IMG/VR virus record: IMGVR_UViG_3300030606_000030
Span: 1-35,435 of that record
Direction: 5' to 3' (one strand)
Source: a virus
Lineage: Duplodnaviria; Caudoviricetes
Length of the DNA stretch: 35,435 nt
The translations under genes and the position numbers were made by a program. Positions within the stretch are counted from its first letter, which is position 1, and the number at the start of each line of letters is the position of its first letter. Below the pieces are notes generated by a model that had not been told where the DNA came from, did not search any database, and saw only the letters and a list, made by a program, of their open reading frames with translations. This document shows positions 7,483-14,943 of this stretch, piece after piece.

Positions 7483-7785
7483 TGTGCCAACCAGGCTTTC
7501 CCTCGGGGCGGGCCAGCATAGCTGTGATTGCCAGAAATGGGCCGCCTGCCCCGCAGTTTCGGAGGACCAGAACATGCCTGACAACCAGCTTGTGCGTGTC
7601 CTCTATCGGCGGGAGGCCGTCCTCCTCATGACAACCAAATCAACTATGCCTCCCGCCGTTACCTTCGCCGTGGAGAGGGCTAGGCACCAACTGCTTGCCA
7701 GAGAAGGTTTGCCCAGACCGGGGCGCGCGCGGGCGGAGGGCCAGATAGAGGCTGATATCCAGTCCTGGCCTGCCCTCCGCCCCGC
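7439..7785 (+). ncRNA. TIGR-like array downstream of Tas, units 8-13
   Basis: Spacer pairs ACTCGACCG/GACGTGATG (CCA at 7455), GCATAGCTG/GAAATGGGC (7513), GAACATGCC/GCTTGTGCG (7567), TCCTCCTCA/AATCAACTA (7617, CCG variant), GGCACCAAC/GAGAAGGTT (7680, degenerate), GATAGAGGC/GTCCTGGCC (7741); loop TGANNNCCA; stems flank each unit. Confidence 0.88.
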
Positions 7786-7814
7786 AACCCTCTGCAACTG
7801 ATTCGGAGACCTGG

Positions 7815-8384
7815 ATGCCCAGCCGCGCCGCCCGCCGCCGCCGGTTCCGCAAGGCGAAGGCCAAGGAGATGACCCTGCCGGAGGCCGCCAACGACGAGGT
7901 CCCGCCCCCGCCCGAGCGGTTCGGCCACGGCGACGCGATCGAACGGGCGCGCGCCTCCGACGCCATGCCGTGGGGCGACCGCCCGCCGCTCCGGGTCGCG
8001 ACCGAGAACATGCTCGACAGGTATCTCCGCCAGGGCGCGATCAAGCAGCCTCAGCACGACGCCGGCATGCGGCTCTACCGCGAATGGCTCGGCACCGGTG
8101 CGAACCCCAAGGTGGTGGGCGGGTTCCTCATCCGCATCGAGGCGCCGCCAAGTTTCAGCGCGCACCAGGCCGAGATGCGCCTGCTGGTCAACCGCGCGGC
8201 CGCGGCAGTCGGTCCGGTCGCCTACGGGGTCCTGTTCCACGTCTGCTGCTGCAACCTCTCGGCGCGGGACTGGACGCTGGCGCGGGGTTACCGGGTGAAC
8301 GTCGCCAAATCGGCCGGCATCGTGATCCTCAAGGAGGCGCTGCACAGCCTCGAAAAGCACTACCGCGAAAGGGGAGGGCGATGA
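7815..8384 (+). CDS. DUF6456-like phage late transcription regulator
   Basis: GGAG RBS; ENMLDRYLRQGAIKQPQHDAGMRLYREW and C-terminal LKEALHSLEKHY; position between replication and packaging modules. Confidence 0.75.
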   Translation: MPSRAARRRRFRKAKAKEMTLPEAANDEVPPPPERFGHGDAIERARASDAMPWGDRPPLRVATENMLDRYLRQGAIKQPQHDAGMRLYREWLGTGANPKVVGGFLIRIEAPPSFSAHQAEMRLLVNRAAAAVGPVAYGVLFHVCCCNLSARDWTLARGYRVNVAKSAGIVILKEALHSLEKHYRERGGR

Positions 8385-8698
8385 GCCATAATGCCAAACC
8401 TGTAACCATCAGGGGGATAACCTATCCATCTGGTCGTGCTGCTGCATTGGCGCTCGGCTTATGCCCAGACACAGTTACTAAGGCAGCGAAACGCGGAACA
8501 TTGGATTTTGTGGGACTCGGGCCGCGTGGCTCGAAAGGTAGAAGTCACAGAGGTAAACCGATAATTATTCAAGGTGTACGATATCCATCACAACGAATTG
8601 CAGCGGAGGTATTGGGGGTTCACCAAGCCACGGTTTCCCAAGCAAAACGCCAGGGATGGCTTGATCGTCTCGGAACGAAACAGTCAAAGCTCAAATAA
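8381..8698 (+). CDS. Small DNA-binding protein with two NUMOD1/HTH-like repeats
   Basis: ATGA overlap; KPVTIRGITYPSGRAAALALGL and KPIIIQGVRYPSQRIAAEVLGV; visibly lower GC than neighbours. Confidence 0.8.
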   Translation: MSHNAKPVTIRGITYPSGRAAALALGLCPDTVTKAAKRGTLDFVGLGPRGSKGRSHRGKPIIIQGVRYPSQRIAAEVLGVHQATVSQAKRQGWLDRLGTKQSKLK

Positions 8699-8706
8699 TT
8701 TTCCGC

Positions 8707-8737
8707 TTGACAGGGGGCCCCCGGAAGTCGTTAGGCT
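8707..8737 (+). promoter_or_regulatory. Putative late promoter
   Basis: Perfect -35 TTGACA at 8707-8712 after an AT-rich tract; candidate -10 TAGGCT at 8732-8737 (19-bp spacing, suboptimal). Confidence 0.45.
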
Positions 8738-8768
8738 TGTCAGCGTTCCACAATTGGGTCAGCACCAT

Positions 8769-8798
8769 GCCCCGCCGGCATCGCCCGCGCGGGGCTTT
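8769..8798 (+). terminator. Terminator-like hairpin in the late leader
   Basis: GCCCCGC...GCGGGGC followed by TTT (short U tract). Confidence 0.4.
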
Positions 8799-8816
8799 CC
8801 GTTGCCGGGAGGGCAG

Positions 8817-10100
8817 ATGCAGCCTCGCGATCTCACCGTCCGCCACATCGCCCTTGCCGAGCTTAAGCCCTACGCCCACAACGCGCGGACTCACTCCGAG
8901 ACGCAGGTGGCGCAGATCGCCGCCTCCATGGGCGAATTCGGCTGGACCAATCCGGTGCTGGTGGACGGCGCCAAGGGTATCATCGCAGGCCACGGTCGGG
9001 TGCTGGCCGCCGAGCAGCTTGGTCTGGATACCGTCCCTTGCATCGAGCTGGGCGATCTCAGCGAGGCGCAGGCGCGCGCCTACATCATCGCCGACAATAA
9101 GCTCGCCCTCAATGCCGGGTGGGACGAGCCGTTGCTGGGCCGGGAGCTGCTTGCCCTCGACGCGCTCGGCTTCGACTGCACGCTCGCTGGCTTCTCCGGT
9201 GACGAGCTGGACGGGCTATTCGCTCGGGCACAGAGCGCCGGTGAAGGCCTCACCGACGAGGATGCCGTACCCAGCGTCCAGGAGCAGGTCGTAAGCCAGG
9301 CGAGCGATGTGTGGCTGTGTGGGCGGCACCGGGTGCGCTGCGGGGATTCCACCAACGCCGAGGACGTGGCGGCGCTGTTGGCCGACGTCGAGCCGCATCT
9401 CATGGTGACGGACCCGCCGTACGGGGTGAACTATACACCGGGCTGGCGTAACGAGGCCGTCACACAATTCGCGCCAAGCATCTCAGCGCGAGTCGAAAAC
9501 GATGACCGGGTGGATTGGTCAGAAGCATGGGCTTTATTCCCGGGGGCCGTGGTCTATGTCTGGCATGCAGCGACTCAAGCGATTCAGGTCGCGGCGTCCC
9601 TCGGTGTGGCGGGATTTGAATGCCGTTCACAAATCATCTGGGCTAAGCAAAACCATGTGATTGGCCGAGGCCATTATCATCCACAACATGAGCCTTGTTG
9701 GTATGCTGTTCGCAAGGGCAAGCAGGGTCATTGGACTGGCGGGCGGACGCAGACGACGCTTTGGCGAATTGACAATCTCAACCCTGTTGGTTCGGCGAAC
9801 GAACGCTATGACCGCAAGGTTGGCCACGGCACCCAGAAACCCGTCGAGTGCATGCGCCGGCCCATCGTGAACAACTCCAACCCCGGCCAGGCGGTCTACG
9901 ACCCCTTCCTCGGCTCCGGCACCACCATGATCGCCGCCGAGAAGGAGGCGCGCATCTGCTACGGCATGGAGATCACACCGCAGTATGTCGACGTGGCGGT
10001 GCGCCGGTGGCAACAATTCACCGGCGAGGAGGCCACGCTCGAAGACAATGGCCGCACCTTCGCTGAGGTCGCTGCGGCGCGCCTGAAAGAAGCCGCTTGA
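8817..10100 (+). CDS. ParB-N domain + N6/N4 DNA methyltransferase (beta class)
   Basis: GGAGG RBS; LKPYAHNARTH..FGWTNPVLVD..IIAGHGR (ParB-like); DPPY; HGTQKPVE; DPFLGSGTT. Confidence 0.93.
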   Translation: MQPRDLTVRHIALAELKPYAHNARTHSETQVAQIAASMGEFGWTNPVLVDGAKGIIAGHGRVLAAEQLGLDTVPCIELGDLSEAQARAYIIADNKLALNAGWDEPLLGRELLALDALGFDCTLAGFSGDELDGLFARAQSAGEGLTDEDAVPSVQEQVVSQASDVWLCGRHRVRCGDSTNAEDVAALLADVEPHLMVTDPPYGVNYTPGWRNEAVTQFAPSISARVENDDRVDWSEAWALFPGAVVYVWHAATQAIQVAASLGVAGFECRSQIIWAKQNHVIGRGHYHPQHEPCWYAVRKGKQGHWTGGRTQTTLWRIDNLNPVGSANERYDRKVGHGTQKPVECMRRPIVNNSNPGQAVYDPFLGSGTTMIAAEKEARICYGMEITPQYVDVAVRRWQQFTGEEATLEDNGRTFAEVAAARLKEAA

Positions 10101-10630
10101 TGTTCGTCGACCCGAAGAAGCTCACCCAGGGCCGCTATCGCGGCCGCCGCAAGGACGGCACCCTGCGGCAAGTGGGCGTGGGCCGCGGCACGGACGCCGG
10201 CCGCCCAACTCACGAGCCGACACTGAAGGATCGCCACGAGGTCATGGCGATGGCCGGCTACGGCCTCAACGAGAAGAAGATCGCCAAGGTCAAGGGCATC
10301 GCCTGCACGACGTTGCGCGAGCACTACCCCGAGGAGCTCGAGCTCGGCCGCTGCCAGGCGGACGTAAAGGTGGTCGAATCGCTCTACGACAACGCCACGA
10401 AGAACAGCAACGTCGCGGCCCAGATCTTCTGGGTCTGCAACCGCATGCCGGACCAGTGGCGGCATGTGTCGCATATCGTGCACGACGGTACCGTGAAGCA
10501 TCAGCATGACCATCAGCACACCTTCGTCGACGAATTCCGTGATCGAGTGCTTGGCGCTGCTGCCCGCCTCGGAGCGGGACCAGATTCTGCAAAGCCTAAC
10601 GGAAGCGGAGGCGCGGAAACTTCTCACTAG
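10100..10630 (+). CDS. Putative terminase small subunit
   Basis: GRPTHEPT..MAGYGL..IAKVKGI..TLREHY..LYDNATK..NVAAQIFW; directly upstream of TerL. Confidence 0.75.
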   Translation: MFVDPKKLTQGRYRGRRKDGTLRQVGVGRGTDAGRPTHEPTLKDRHEVMAMAGYGLNEKKIAKVKGIACTTLREHYPEELELGRCQADVKVVESLYDNATKNSNVAAQIFWVCNRMPDQWRHVSHIVHDGTVKHQHDHQHTFVDEFRDRVLGAAARLGAGPDSAKPNGSGGAETSH

Positions 10631-11840
10631 CTGGCGCGTTCACGCGCGCCCGAAGCAGTTGCCGCCCGACGGCGACTGGTCGACCTGGGTCATCCGCGCC
10701 GGCCGCGGCTTCGGCAAGACCCGTGCCGGCTCTGGCTGGGTGCAGGAGCGTGCCGAGGAGCACGCCGGGCGCTGGATCGCGCTCGTCGCCCGGACGCCGG
10801 CCGACGCCCGCGAATACATGGTCGAGGGCCCGGGCGGGTTCCTGCGTAACGTGCCCGAAGCCAAGCGCCCGCTTTACGAGCCGTCCAAACGCCGCCTCAC
10901 CTGGCCGAACAGTTCGTGGGCGACGATCTACTCCGACGAAGAGCCCGACCAGCTGCGCGGCTTCTCCGGCGACACCGCCTGGCTCGATGAGATCGCCAAG
11001 TTCAAGCATCCGCGAGAGACCTGGGACAACCTGCAGTTCGGCATGCGGGAGGCCTCGGGCGACCGGCCGCGGCGGCTCATCACCACCACGCCCCGGCCGT
11101 TGAAGCTGCTGCGCGATATCGAGGCCCACGCCGGCACGGTGACCGTGATCGGTTCGAGCTACGAGAACCGCGCCAACCTCGACCCGACCTGGTTCGCCGA
11201 AACGCTCGCCCAGTACGAGGGCACCCGCCACGGCCGCCAGGAGATCCACGCCGAGATCCTCGAGGAGGCCGAGGGCGCGCTGTGGACCCGGGCGCTGATC
11301 GAGAAGCACCGGGACAAGGCCTATCCCATCGATCTGGTGCGCGTCGTGGTGGCGATCGATCCGGCGGTGACCTCGAACGAGCAGTCCGACGAGACCGGCA
11401 TCATCGTGGCGGGTCTCGGCGCCGACAAGCGCGGCTACGTGCTGGCGGACTTCTCCGACCGCATGAAGCCCGCCCAGTGGGCCGAGAAGGCGCTCAAGGC
11501 CTACAAGCGCTTCGAGGCCGACCGCATCGTCGGCGAGGTGAACAACGGCGGCGAGATGGTCGAGCACACCATCCGCACCCAGGCGAACGGCACCCACTTC
11601 GGCTTCAAGGCGCTCCACGCCTCGCGCGGCAAGCAGGCCCGGGCCGAGCCGGTCGCCGCGCTCTACGAGCAGGGAAAGGTGACCCATGTCGGCGGATTCG
11701 ACGAACTCGAGGATCAGATGGTGACGTGGGAGCCGCTCGGCACCGAACGTTCGCCCGACCGCGTCGATGCGCTGGTGTGGGCGCTGACCGAACTGATGGT
11801 CAAGCCCGACCGCCACGGCCCCCAGGTGCGGCGTCTCTGA
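10506..11840 (+). CDS. terL: Terminase large subunit (GTA/Terminase_6-like)
   Basis: Walker A RAGRGFGKT; Walker B AWLDE; TTTPRP; nuclease VVAIDPA..DETGI..SPDRVDALVW; exact start uncertain. Confidence 0.95.
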   Translation: MTISTPSSTNSVIECLALLPASERDQILQSLTEAEARKLLTSWRVHARPKQLPPDGDWSTWVIRAGRGFGKTRAGSGWVQERAEEHAGRWIALVARTPADAREYMVEGPGGFLRNVPEAKRPLYEPSKRRLTWPNSSWATIYSDEEPDQLRGFSGDTAWLDEIAKFKHPRETWDNLQFGMREASGDRPRRLITTTPRPLKLLRDIEAHAGTVTVIGSSYENRANLDPTWFAETLAQYEGTRHGRQEIHAEILEEAEGALWTRALIEKHRDKAYPIDLVRVVVAIDPAVTSNEQSDETGIIVAGLGADKRGYVLADFSDRMKPAQWAEKALKAYKRFEADRIVGEVNNGGEMVEHTIRTQANGTHFGFKALHASRGKQARAEPVAALYEQGKVTHVGGFDELEDQMVTWEPLGTERSPDRVDALVWALTELMVKPDRHGPQVRRL

Positions 11841-13243
11841 TGGGCCTTGCCGCCGCCTGGGCGGGCCTGTGGGGCCGCCCGTCACGCCGTGAACGCAAGG
11901 ACAGCCTGTCGCACCCGCTCTTGGCCCTCTTTGGCGTCGGGCGCGCTATCCCGACGCCGCGGGAGTACGACAAGCTCGCGAAGGAAGGCTTCCAGTCTAA
12001 CGCGGTGGTTTTCCGCTGCGTGAACCTGATCGCGGAATGCGCGGCGGCGGTGCCGTGGCAGCTGTTTCGCGGCGAGGCCGGCGCTAAGACCGAGATCGAG
12101 CAGCACCCGCTCCTTGATCTGATGAAGCGTCCCAACCCGTTCCAGGGCGGGGCCGCATTCTTCCATGCCGTCTATGCCTATCGGCTGCTTTCGGGGAACT
12201 CCTACATCGAGGTGGCCGGGCCGACCGGAGGCATCCGCGCGGGCCAGCCCAAGGAGCTGTGGGCGCTCCGGCCCGACCGCATGCGGGTGATCAAAGGCGA
12301 GAACGGGCAGCCGGCCGGCTACGTGTTTCAGGCGGGCGGCCGAGAGGCGCGCTGGGACGCCAACCCGCTGAAGCCCGCCGGCTCGCCGATCCTCCATTCC
12401 CGGTCGTTCCATCCGCTCGACGACTGGTACGGCATGAGTCCGCTCGAAGCGGCTGCGTTCGAGATCGACCAGCACAACGCTGCCGGCCGCCACAACTTCA
12501 ACCTGCTCGCCAACAGCGCGACGCCGTCGGGTGCACTCGTCTACACGCCGGTCGATGAGGGCGCATCGGACGTCATGTCTGACGAGCAGTTCCTGCGGGT
12601 GAAACGGGAAATCAAGGAACATTCTGGACCCGATGCTGCTGGCGAGCCATGGCTCTTGGAAGGTGGCCTACAATGGCAGCAGATGTCCTTGAGCCCCCGC
12701 GACATGGACTGGCTCAAAGGCCGCGACATGAGCGCGCGGGACATCGCCATGGCCTACGACGTGCCACCGCAGCTGGTCGGCATCGAGGGCTCGCAGACCT
12801 TCGCCAACTTCGAGCAGGCGCGGCTCTCGCTCTACCAGGACGCGGTCCTGCCGCTGGTCGACACCTACATGGACGATCTCAACAGGTGGCTGGTGCCGCG
12901 CTACGGCGAGGGGCTCTCGCTCGGCTTCGACCAGGACGAGATCCCGGCCCTGCAGGTGCGCCGACGTGAAAAGTGGGACATGACCCGCCAAGCCGATTTC
13001 CTCACCATCAACGAGAAACGGGCGGCGCTCGGCTTCGACGCTATCGAGGGCGGCGATGTGCTGCTGGTGCCCGCCACCCTGCTGCCGCTCGGCTCGGAGC
13101 CGGAAAGCGACCCCGAGGAAGACGAGGCGCGATCCCTGATCCAGTTGCCCGTCGGCGGCCTCACCCCGGAGCAGGCCCGCGAGCAGTTCCGCCTGGCCTA
13201 TGGCGATCCTGAGAGCGAGCGGCCGCCAGGCGCGGCTGCGTGA
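11840..13243 (+). CDS. HK97-family portal protein
   Basis: ATG in TGATG overlap; NAVVFRCVNLIA, HPLLDLMKRPNP, LLSGNSY, LRPDRM, YGMSPL, LEGGLQW, TINEKRAALG. Confidence 0.95.
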   Translation: MGLAAAWAGLWGRPSRRERKDSLSHPLLALFGVGRAIPTPREYDKLAKEGFQSNAVVFRCVNLIAECAAAVPWQLFRGEAGAKTEIEQHPLLDLMKRPNPFQGGAAFFHAVYAYRLLSGNSYIEVAGPTGGIRAGQPKELWALRPDRMRVIKGENGQPAGYVFQAGGREARWDANPLKPAGSPILHSRSFHPLDDWYGMSPLEAAAFEIDQHNAAGRHNFNLLANSATPSGALVYTPVDEGASDVMSDEQFLRVKREIKEHSGPDAAGEPWLLEGGLQWQQMSLSPRDMDWLKGRDMSARDIAMAYDVPPQLVGIEGSQTFANFEQARLSLYQDAVLPLVDTYMDDLNRWLVPRYGEGLSLGFDQDEIPALQVRRREKWDMTRQADFLTINEKRAALGFDAIEGGDVLLVPATLLPLGSEPESDPEEDEARSLIQLPVGGLTPEQAREQFRLAYGDPESERPPGAAA

Positions 13244-13991
13244 GTGGCGGGCGCAGCTCCGGCTTCGCACGCGACTTGAGCGCAACCTGACGCGGCGTCT
13301 CAACGGCGAGTTCCGCGCGACCGGCCGGGCGGCGGTCGCAGGCTACCGGGCCGACGGCCGGGTCGGCGCCGGCATGGCGATGGCGGGCCACCGGCCGAGA
13401 TTGACGGCGCTGCTCGCCATCCATCACCGGCGGGTTTTCCAGGTGTTCGGCGAACGACTCGCCGTGCAGGCCAAGGCCGCGTTCCAGGTCCTCGAAACCA
13501 AGGACTCGGAGAACTTCTTCAACGCCGCAGTCATTCGCTGGCTGGAGCTGATCGTCGGCGAGCGCGTCACCCGCATCGATGGCACGACGCGCCGCCTCAT
13601 CATGGACGCGATCCTGGAGGGCGAGCAGGCCGGCGAGGGCATCGAGGCCATAGGCAAGCGCATCCGCGAGAAGACATCCGGCACCATCGGCCGGGCTCGT
13701 TCGCTGCTGATCGCGCGTACCGAGACCCATGCTGCCTCGACCGCGGCCGACGACGAGATGGTGCGGGCTCTCGGGCTCGATGAGCAGTTGCTGCGCGAGT
13801 GGGTATCGGCCGAGGACGAGCGCACCCGCCAAGCGCACCGCGCTCCGACCGACGGCCAAATCCGCAAGATGGACGAGCCGTTCGACGTCGACGGCGTGAA
13901 GATGGATCGACCGGGCGATCCGTCGGCGCCGCCGCGCCTCGTCATCAACTGCCGCTGCGTGCTCGCCTATCGCGGGACCGATCTGGACTAG
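13200..13991 (+). CDS. Minor head protein (Mu gpF/SPP1 gp7 family)
   Basis: IARTETHAA, EWVSAEDERTRQAH, PGDPS..INCRC. Confidence 0.9.
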   Translation: MAILRASGRQARLREWRAQLRLRTRLERNLTRRLNGEFRATGRAAVAGYRADGRVGAGMAMAGHRPRLTALLAIHHRRVFQVFGERLAVQAKAAFQVLETKDSENFFNAAVIRWLELIVGERVTRIDGTTRRLIMDAILEGEQAGEGIEAIGKRIREKTSGTIGRARSLLIARTETHAASTAADDEMVRALGLDEQLLREWVSAEDERTRQAHRAPTDGQIRKMDEPFDVDGVKMDRPGDPSAPPRLVINCRCVLAYRGTDLD

Positions 13992-13996
13992 CCGCT

Positions 13997-14872
13997 ATGC
14001 CGATGCCTAAGCCTCACGACGGCGAGAGCCGCGACAAGTTCCTCGCGCGCTGCATGGGCAACGCCACCATGCGCGACGAGTTCCCGGACCGGGACCAGCG
14101 CTTCGCGGTGTGCAACACGCAGTGGCGCAACCGAGACAAGGACGACGCCATGGCCCTGAGCGATCTGGATCTGGATGCGGACAACGACTGGGAGACCAAG
14201 CGCCTCACCTTCGACGCCGAGATCAAGGCCGACGAGGACGAGGACGGCATGTTCGAAGGCATGGCCTCGACCTTCGGCAACATGGACCTGGTCGGCGACG
14301 TGATCCGCCGCGGCGCCTTCAAGGAATCCCTGAAGCGGCGCCCCGCCCACAAGGTGAAGATGCTGTGGCAGCACCGCAGCGACGAACCCCTCGGCGTGTT
14401 CTCCGAGATGAAGGAGACCCGGCAGGGCCTGTTCGTGCGCGGCCAGCTCGCGCTCTCGATCCAGCGCGGCCGCGAGGCGCACGAGCTGATGAAGCTGGGT
14501 GCGATCGACGCGCTCTCCATCGGCTTCCGGGTGCCCGAGGGTGGTGCCGAAACCGATAAGGACGGCAATCGGATCCTCCGCGAGATCGACCTCATGGAGG
14601 TCTCGGTTGTCACCTTCCCGGCCAACCCCAAAGCGGAGATCGGCCGGGTGAAATCCATCATCGAAGGTGGGGGATTCCCCACCGAACGACAATTCGAACG
14701 GCTGCTCATGCGGGATGCTGGGTTCAGCCTCGAGGAGGCCAAGACGATCATCAGTCGCGGCTTCAAGCATCTTCAGAGCATACGGGATGTTGCCGAAGAT
14801 GACGTGGACGAAGTGATCGCGATTCTGCGCGAGAGCTTCGCCAAAGCACGGGCACGCGCCAGCGCCGCTTAG
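13997..14872 (+). CDS. HK97-type prohead protease with short N-terminal extra domain
   Basis: FEGMASTFGNMD, MLWQH, LSIGF, LMEVSVVTFPANPKA; N-terminal MPKPHDGESRDKFLARCM..QRFAVC. Confidence 0.93.
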   Translation: MPMPKPHDGESRDKFLARCMGNATMRDEFPDRDQRFAVCNTQWRNRDKDDAMALSDLDLDADNDWETKRLTFDAEIKADEDEDGMFEGMASTFGNMDLVGDVIRRGAFKESLKRRPAHKVKMLWQHRSDEPLGVFSEMKETRQGLFVRGQLALSIQRGREAHELMKLGAIDALSIGFRVPEGGAETDKDGNRILREIDLMEVSVVTFPANPKAEIGRVKSIIEGGGFPTERQFERLLMRDAGFSLEEAKTIISRGFKHLQSIRDVAEDDVDEVIAILRESFAKARARASAA

Positions 14873-14895
14873 ACGCCGGGCAATCCCGTTCCGTC

Positions 14896-14919
14896 AAGCC
14901 GCCGTTCCGGCGGCTTTTT
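14896..14919 (+). terminator. Rho-independent terminator-like hairpin between protease and capsid
   Basis: AAGCCGCCG-TTC-CGGCGGCTT-TTT. Confidence 0.7.
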
Positions 14920-14943
14920 CATTGGCAACGAAGGAGACAGGAC

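Noticed and set aside
7439-7785. CRISPR array or a run of terminators
   Set aside because: No long identical repeats and no cas genes; hairpins lack U tracts and have fixed 32-nt patterned loops
7451-7801. 116-aa ORF (and 5589-5858 ORF) over guide units
   Set aside because: No clear RBS or domain, atypical composition; better explained as non-coding array, though translation is not excluded
10506-10630. Programmed frameshift joining TerS and TerL
   Set aside because: No slippery heptamer seen; overlap is explained by an internal TerL start
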